Origin: Methanocaldococcus sp. 16A
GTDB lineage: Archaea > AGJL01 > Methanococci > Methanococcales > Methanocaldococcaceae
NCBI GenBank assembly: GCA_049860595.1
Contig: CP187551.1
Reading direction: 5' to 3' (one strand)
Length of the DNA: 64,000 nt
Numbering within the stretch: the stretch's first letter is position 1; each line of letters opens with the position of its first letter. Under the pieces are notes generated by a model. It had not been told where the DNA came from. It did no database searches and was given only the letters and a program-made list of their open reading frames with translations. The translations under genes and the position numbers were made by a program. Shown piece after piece: positions 58,958 to 64,000 of the stretch.

Positions 58958-59581
58958 ATGAGGAAGATTATTTCATCAAAAGTTAGTTGTGATGAAGAAC
59001 TTTTGGAGCTTTGCGAGAGATTGTCAAGGTTAAATATTGACTGCACAATAGAATCAAAAGGAAACCATGTAAAAATATATGTATTTGGATATGATAAGGA
59101 TTCCTTAAATGAAAATTATAGAGCTGTAATGAACTTAATGGATAAAGTTAGGAAAAAGTATAGAAAAGATAAAGAAGGATTATACGAATATTCATTATCA
59201 GAACTTAAGTATCCAGTTAATAAAAACTTGGTTATAGATGCATTAAAACATTTAGGATATAAGATTATATACTTAGAGGATGAAAATGCTATAAAAACAG
59301 ATATAGATATTAATAAATTTAATGAAATATTGGGAGAGCTTCATGAGTTATATCAAGAGTTAAGATTTTCAAATCTTGGTTCAAAACCTGTTAAAAATTT
59401 GGTAGTATTAGTTTCATACATTACTAAAAAACCAATTGACGATGTTATTGAAGAAGCTTTAGAAAAAGGATTCTTTAGAGAAGAGGAAGGAAAAATTGTG
59501 TTAAACAAAGATATAAACTTAGCTAAAAAAGTTCTATTGGAGGGAGAAGATGGAGATAAAGATATTAGAGAGGAAGGATAA
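58958..59581 (+). CDS. conserved archaeal protein upstream of rpoL (DUF2067-like)
   Basis: 207 aa ORF overlapping rpoL; family assigned from context and memory. Confidence 0.55.
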   Translation: MRKIISSKVSCDEELLELCERLSRLNIDCTIESKGNHVKIYVFGYDKDSLNENYRAVMNLMDKVRKKYRKDKEGLYEYSLSELKYPVNKNLVIDALKHLGYKIIYLEDENAIKTDIDINKFNEILGELHELYQELRFSNLGSKPVKNLVVLVSYITKKPIDDVIEEALEKGFFREEEGKIVLNKDINLAKKVLLEGEDGDKDIREEG

Positions 59582-59849
59582 TTTGATTGAAATTGAGCTA
59601 ATTAACGAAGACCACTCACTACCAAATTTATTGAAAGATATTTTATTAACAAAAGAAGGAGTAAAGATGGCTTCTTACTCTATAGACCATCCTTTATTAC
59701 ACCCAGAAACTGGAAGATATATATCAAACCCAAAAATAACTATAATTACTGAAGAAGGTACAGACCCTATAGAGGTTTTAAAAGAAGGATTGAAAGATAT
59801 TATTGAAATGTGTAATACTTTATTGGATGAATTAAAGAAAAACAAATAA
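59550..59849 (+). CDS. rpoL: RNA polymerase subunit Rpo11 (L)
   Basis: NEDHSLPNLL, SYSIDHP. Confidence 0.95.
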   Translation: MEIKILERKDNLIEIELINEDHSLPNLLKDILLTKEGVKMASYSIDHPLLHPETGRYISNPKITIITEEGTDPIEVLKEGLKDIIEMCNTLLDELKKNK

Positions 59850-59874
59850 AAACCAAAGTTTAACTCTTTTATTA

Positions 59875-60069
59875 TATGACTTTTGCAGGAATAAATATAA
59901 TAATGAACTTTGATGTCCTTTGAACATCTATAACTGTTTAAAATGCAACAATAATATTTACAACATATTGAATATATGAAACCAATGGCTTCAAGAGTTT
60001 CACAATACCTACTTAAAGTGCATTCAGACAGTTAATTCCTTAAATAAATGTTAAACTGCGAAAGTCCTA
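59875..60069. mobile_element. MITE-like element, copy D, with a nested insertion
   Basis: TIRs TATGACTTTTGCAG / CTGCGAAAGTCCTA; 195 bp, or 91 bp once 59931-60034 is removed. Confidence 0.75.
59931..60034. mobile_element. second, unrelated small TIR element nested in copy D
   Basis: Ends TAACTGTTTAAAATGCA and TGCATTCAGACAGTTA are imperfect inverted repeats. Confidence 0.6.
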
Positions 60070-60180
60070 TAATCATTAACCGAAAATTTTATATATGGTG
60101 TTAGCTATCTTAGCAATATAAAAATTTTTAATATAATTTTGCATTTATTATTTAAAAAACAGAATACCTTCTCTTTTCAA

Positions 60181-60259
60181 TAGGACTTTCGCAATTATAT
60201 ACTCAATATAAGAAAATTAAAATGAAGCCTTTAAAACATTTGTTCCTGCGAAAGTCCTA
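60181..60259. mobile_element. MITE-like element, copy E
   Basis: TIRs TAGGACTTTCGCA / TGCGAAAGTCCTA; 5 bp direct repeat TTCAA on both sides. Confidence 0.85.
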
Positions 60260-60349
60260 TTCAATTATTTAAGTGTAAAATATTTATATTAGATGCTATA
60301 TAATATGGATGCTTTTTATACATAATATAAAAAAGAAAGGAGGATGAGT

Positions 60350-61009
60350 ATGGACAGAGAAGCACTGTTGCAAGCGGTGAAGGAGGCTCGCGAACTCGCG
60401 AAGCCGAGAAACTTCACACAGTCATTTGAATTCATAGCAACCCTCAAAGAGATTGACATGAGGAAGCCAGAGAACAGAATAAAGACTGAAGTAGTGCTTC
60501 CTCATGGTAGAGGGAAAGAAGCTAAAATAGCTGTTATTGGAACTGGTGACTTAGCTAAACAAGCAGAAGATATGGGTTTAACCGTTATTAGAAAAGAAGA
60601 AATTGAAGAGTTAGGTAAAAACAAAAGAAAATTAAGAAAAATAGCTAATGCTCATGACTTCTTTATAGCTCAAGCTGATTTAATGCCATTGATTGGTAGA
60701 TACATGGGGGTTATATTAGGTCCAAGAGGAAAGATGCCTAAACCAGTTCCAGCTAACGCAAACATTGCTCCATTAGTTGAAAGATTAAAGAAAACAGTTG
60801 TCATAAACACAAGAGATAAGCCATACTTCCAAGTATTAGTTGGAAACGAAAAAATGACAGATGAGCAAATAGTTGATAACATAGAGGCTGTTTTAAACGT
60901 TGTAGCTAAGAAGTATGAAAAAGGTCTCTACCACTTAAAAGATGCTTATGTTAAGTTAACCATGGGTCCAGCTGTAAAAGTTAAAAAAGAGAAAGCTAAG
61001 AAAAGATAA
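60350..61009 (+). CDS. rpl1: 50S ribosomal protein L1
   Basis: [24 protein letters not shown]; ATG 6 nt after AGGAGG. Confidence 0.97.
   Translation: MDREALLQAVKEARELAKPRNFTQSFEFIATLKEIDMRKPENRIKTEVVLPHGRGKEAKIAVIGTGDLAKQAEDMGLTVIRKEEIEELGKNKRKLRKIANAHDFFIAQADLMPLIGRYMGVILGPRGKMPKPVPANANIAPLVERLKKTVVINTRDKPYFQVLVGNEKMTDEQIVDNIEAVLNVVAKKYEKGLYHLKDAYVKLTMGPAVKVKKEKAKKR
60377..60417 (+). promoter_or_regulatory. L1-binding translational operator inside the rpl1 coding sequence
   Basis: GC-rich GTGAAG-GAGGC-TCGCGA..CGCGA-A-GCC-GAGAAA-CTTCAC stem/internal loop ~30 nt after the AUG, matching the known Methanococcales L1 feedback arrangement. Confidence 0.75.
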
Positions 61010-61042
61010 AAACTCTAAATAATAAAAGTGAAGGGGATAAAA

Positions 61043-62059
61043 ATGGAAACAAAAGTGAAAGCTCATGTAGCCCCATGGAAGATTGAGGAAGTTAAAACAC
61101 TAAAGGGGCTTATTAAAAGTAAGCCTGTAGTAGCTATTGTAGATATGATGGATGTCCCTGCCCCTCAATTGCAAGAAATTAGAGACAAAATTAGAGATAA
61201 AGTCAAATTGAGAATGTCAAGAAACACTTTAATCATAAAAGCTTTAAAAGAAGCTGCTGAAGAATTAAACGACCCAAAATTAGCTGAGTTAGCAAATTAT
61301 GTTGAGAGAGGGGCAGCTATATTAGTTACAGACATGAACCCATTCAAGTTATACAAGATGTTGGAAGAGAACAAAAGTCCTGCTCCAGTAAGAGGAGGAC
61401 AAATAGCTCCTTGTGACATTAAAGTTGAGAAAGGTTCAACTGGAATGCCTCCAGGACCTTTCTTAGGAGAGCTTAAGAGTGTAGGTATCCCAGCTGCAAT
61501 AGAAAAAGGTAAGATAGCTATTAAAGAGGATAAAGTTGTTGTTAAAAAAGGAGAAGTAGTTTCACCAAAATTAGCAGCTGTCTTAGATAGACTCGGAATC
61601 AAGCCAATAAAAGTCGGTTTAAACATTTTGGCAGTTTATGAAGATGGAATCATCTATACTCCAGATGTCTTAAAAGTTGATGAAGAGAAATTATTAGCTG
61701 ATATACAAGCTGCTTACCAAAATGCATTTAACTTGGCATTCAACACAGCATACCCAGCAAAAGAAGTATTGCCATTCTTAATACAGAAGGCATTCGTAGA
61801 GGCAAGAGCTTTATCAGTAGAGACAGCATTCGTAACAAAAGAAACTGCTGGAGATATATTAGCAAAAGCTCAAGCTCAGGCATTAACCTTAGCTTCAAAA
61901 TTGCCTGATGAAGCATTAGATGAAGACATTAAAGCTAAGTTATCCTCAGTAGAAGTTTCAACAGCTCCAGTAGCTGAAGAGAAGAAAGAAGAAGAGAAAA
62001 AAGAGGAAGAGAAGAAAGAAGAAGACACTGGAGCTGCTGGATTAGCCCTATTGTTCTAA
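61043..62059 (+). CDS. rpl10: 50S ribosomal protein L10 (P0)
   Basis: [22 protein letters not shown], acidic tail ending GLALLF. Confidence 0.97.
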   Translation: METKVKAHVAPWKIEEVKTLKGLIKSKPVVAIVDMMDVPAPQLQEIRDKIRDKVKLRMSRNTLIIKALKEAAEELNDPKLAELANYVERGAAILVTDMNPFKLYKMLEENKSPAPVRGGQIAPCDIKVEKGSTGMPPGPFLGELKSVGIPAAIEKGKIAIKEDKVVVKKGEVVSPKLAAVLDRLGIKPIKVGLNILAVYEDGIIYTPDVLKVDEEKLLADIQAAYQNAFNLAFNTAYPAKEVLPFLIQKAFVEARALSVETAFVTKETAGDILAKAQAQALTLASKLPDEALDEDIKAKLSSVEVSTAPVAEEKKEEEKKEEEKKEEDTGAAGLALLF

Positions 62060-62202
62060 CCGAAAAATATAAATAACTAATTATAAATAGTGAATTGCAA
62101 ATCTATTTCAATTGTTGTCGTTTGGATATTGGCAATGATTAAACATTAATAAATAAACAAACACAATATAACAACTAAAATAGAAACTTGGAGGTGTAGA
62201 TT

Positions 62203-62511
62203 ATGGAATACATATACGCAGCTTTATTATTGCACAGCGCAGGAAAAGAAATCACAGAAGATGCAGTTAAAGCAGTTTTATCAGCTGCAGGTATTGATGT
62301 AGATGAGGCAAGAGTTAAAGCATTAGTTGCTGGATTAGAAGGAGTAGATATCGAAGAAGCTATCGCAAATGCTGCAATGCCTGTCGCTGCAGCTCCTGCT
62401 GCTGCAGCTCCAGCAGCAGCTGCTGAAGAGAAGAAAGAAGAAGAGAAAAAAGAAGAGAAAAAAGAAGACGATGGAGCAGCAGTTGCAGGATTGGCTGCTT
62501 TATTCGGATAA
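62203..62511 (+). CDS. rpl12: 50S ribosomal protein L12 (aP1)
   Basis: [11 protein letters not shown], Ala-rich hinge, GLAALFG. Confidence 0.97.
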   Translation: MEYIYAALLLHSAGKEITEDAVKAVLSAAGIDVDEARVKALVAGLEGVDIEEAIANAAMPVAAAPAAAAPAAAAEEKKEEEKKEEKKEDDGAAVAGLAALFG

Positions 62512-62586
62512 ATTCTCTACCTTTCTTTTTTTATTTTTAAACACTATATCCATTAATTTAAATATATAAATTATATGGGACGTTTA

Positions 62587-62630
62587 AAAGTATTTATATA
62601 TAAAGTATTTATATATGAGGTTTTTATATA
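62587..62630 (+). promoter_or_regulatory. tandem TATA boxes upstream of tbp
   Basis: AAAGTATTTATATAT twice (62587-62601, 62602-62616); TTTATATA at 62593, 62608, 62623. Confidence 0.65.
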
Positions 62631-62665
62631 ATATTTAAGTTATCTACAAAGATGTGGTGAAAATC

Positions 62666-63208
62666 ATGGAACCAGAGATTAAGATTGTTAATGTTGTAGT
62701 TTCAACAAAAATTGGAGACAATATTGATTTAGAAGAGGTTGCTATGATTTTAGAAAACGCTGAATACGAACCTGAACAATTCCCTGGATTGGTTTGTAGG
62801 TTATCAGTCCCAAAAGTGGCTTTACTCATATTCAGAAGTGGAAAGGTAAATTGTACTGGGGCTAAAAGCAAAGAAGAGGCTGAGATAGCCATTAAAAAAA
62901 TTATAAGAGAGTTAAAAGATGCAGGATTTGATGTTATTGAAAATCCAGAGATTAAAATTCAAAATATGGTTGCTACAGCTGATTTAGGAATTGAGCCTAA
63001 TTTGGATGATATTGCATTAATGGTTGAAGGTACTGAGTATGAACCAGAACAATTCCCAGGTCTTGTTTATAGGTTAGATGACCCAAAGGTTGTTGTTTTA
63101 ATCTTTGGTAGTGGTAAGGTTGTTATTACTGGTTTAAAAAGTGAAGAAGATGCTAAAAGGGCTTTAAAAAAGATTTTAGATACAATAAAAGAAGTTCAAG
63201 AACTTTAA
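62666..63208 (+). CDS. tbp: TATA-box-binding protein
   Basis: Two YEPEQFPGLV...IF.SGK repeats; ATG follows GGTGA. Confidence 0.98.
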   Translation: MEPEIKIVNVVVSTKIGDNIDLEEVAMILENAEYEPEQFPGLVCRLSVPKVALLIFRSGKVNCTGAKSKEEAEIAIKKIIRELKDAGFDVIENPEIKIQNMVATADLGIEPNLDDIALMVEGTEYEPEQFPGLVYRLDDPKVVVLIFGSGKVVITGLKSEEDAKRALKKILDTIKEVQEL

Positions 63209-63223
63209 ATTTTAGGGATTGAA

Positions 63224-63814
63224 ATGATTGGCATCATAGATTACAACGCAGGGAATTTGAGAAGTATTCAAAAGGCAGTAGAACTTTATGATAAAGCAAT
63301 AATAACAAACAACAGTGAAGAGCTATTAGCATGTGATAAGGTAATTTTGCCAGGTGTAGGGAATTTTGGTAGTGCAATGGAAAATTTATCTAAATTAAAA
63401 GAGACAATATACAAAATCATTGATGATAAAGTTCCTTTCTTGGGGATATGTTTAGGAATGCAAGTTTTATTTGAAGAAAGTGAAGAGAAAAAAGGAATTA
63501 AGGGATTAGGAATTATAAAAGGCAATGTAATTAAATTTAGGAATGTCGAGAAACTTCCACACATGGGATGGAATAATGTAAAAATAGTTAAAGACTGTCC
63601 ATTGTTTGAGGGAATAAAAGATAACAGCTACTTTTACTTTGTCCATTCATATCATGTAAATCCTTCTGAAGATTGTATAGTAGGAATAACGGAATATGAG
63701 ATATGGTTTCCAAGCGTTATAAATAAAGATAACATTTATGCTACTCAATTTCACCCAGAAAAAAGTGGAAAAATTGGATTAAAAATTATAGAAAACTTTG
63801 TTGAGTTATTATAA
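63224..63814 (+). CDS. hisH: imidazole glycerol phosphate synthase glutaminase subunit
   Basis: GNLRS, LPGVG, GICLGMQ, PHMGWN, YFVHSY, QFHPEKS. Confidence 0.97.
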   Translation: MIGIIDYNAGNLRSIQKAVELYDKAIITNNSEELLACDKVILPGVGNFGSAMENLSKLKETIYKIIDDKVPFLGICLGMQVLFEESEEKKGIKGLGIIKGNVIKFRNVEKLPHMGWNNVKIVKDCPLFEGIKDNSYFYFVHSYHVNPSEDCIVGITEYEIWFPSVINKDNIYATQFHPEKSGKIGLKIIENFVELL

Positions 63815-63818
63815 TAAT

Positions 63819-64000
63819 TTAATTTTTTGATGTTTCATTTAAAAATTTATCTAAAAATTCTAAGCCTCCACCATAATTTACTGCCTTTGGATGAATTGAC
63901 AGAAAAAACTGTCGATTTTCTTTTATGCTTAGTTTATAATCAATTACTGCAAGATATTCAGCTATTTTTTCTAAATACTTTGGAAGATACCACGTATATT
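63819..64000 (-). CDS. 3' end of a hypothetical protein running in from the window edge
   Basis: Open frame ...YTWYLPKY...FFLSIHPKAVNYGGGLEFLDKFLNETSKN*. Confidence 0.55.
   Translation of the reverse strand, partial: YTWYLPKYLEKIAEYLAVIDYKLSIKENRQFFLSIHPKAVNYGGGLEFLDKFLNETSKN

Noticed and set aside
61975-62470. GAA/AAA and GCA/GCT low-complexity repeats
   Set aside because: Normal acidic tails and Ala hinge of L10 and L12.

Overview
AT-rich chromosomal window from a hyperthermophilic methanogenic archaeon. The proteins closely resemble Methanocaldococcus orthologs (SepRS/SepCysS, TBP, archaeal ribosomal proteins, TyrRS). Most of it is core housekeeping: about 60 CDS, tRNA-Glu(TTC), tRNA-Arg(TCT), an H/ACA guide RNA and the L1 autoregulatory site. 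Accessory content: (i) two divergently oriented CRISPR arrays (22 and 38 repeats) with homologous ~363 bp leaders and no cas genes in the window; (ii) a three-gene type III restriction-modification-like operon, mod - unknown tandem PD-(D/E)XK-like ORF - res. The middle gene is flanked by a 9 bp direct repeat, Mod has a Gly-to-Ser change in its SAM-binding motif, and a MITE-disrupted HEPN-motif gene remnant lies upstream; (iii) a ModA-like lipoprotein / Fe-S membrane protein / DUF318-type permease cassette beside the tRNAs; (iv) five ~80-95 bp MITE-like elements, one carrying a nested second element. Fine-scale signals: two overlapping opposite-strand spacers that give a CCT PAM, 18-20 nt leader-proximal spacers, a synonymously recoded duplicate of the smc 3' end, gene conversion between two methyltransferase paralogs, and three TATA boxes 15 bp apart upstream of tbp. 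All calls come from reading motifs by eye; no searches were run.
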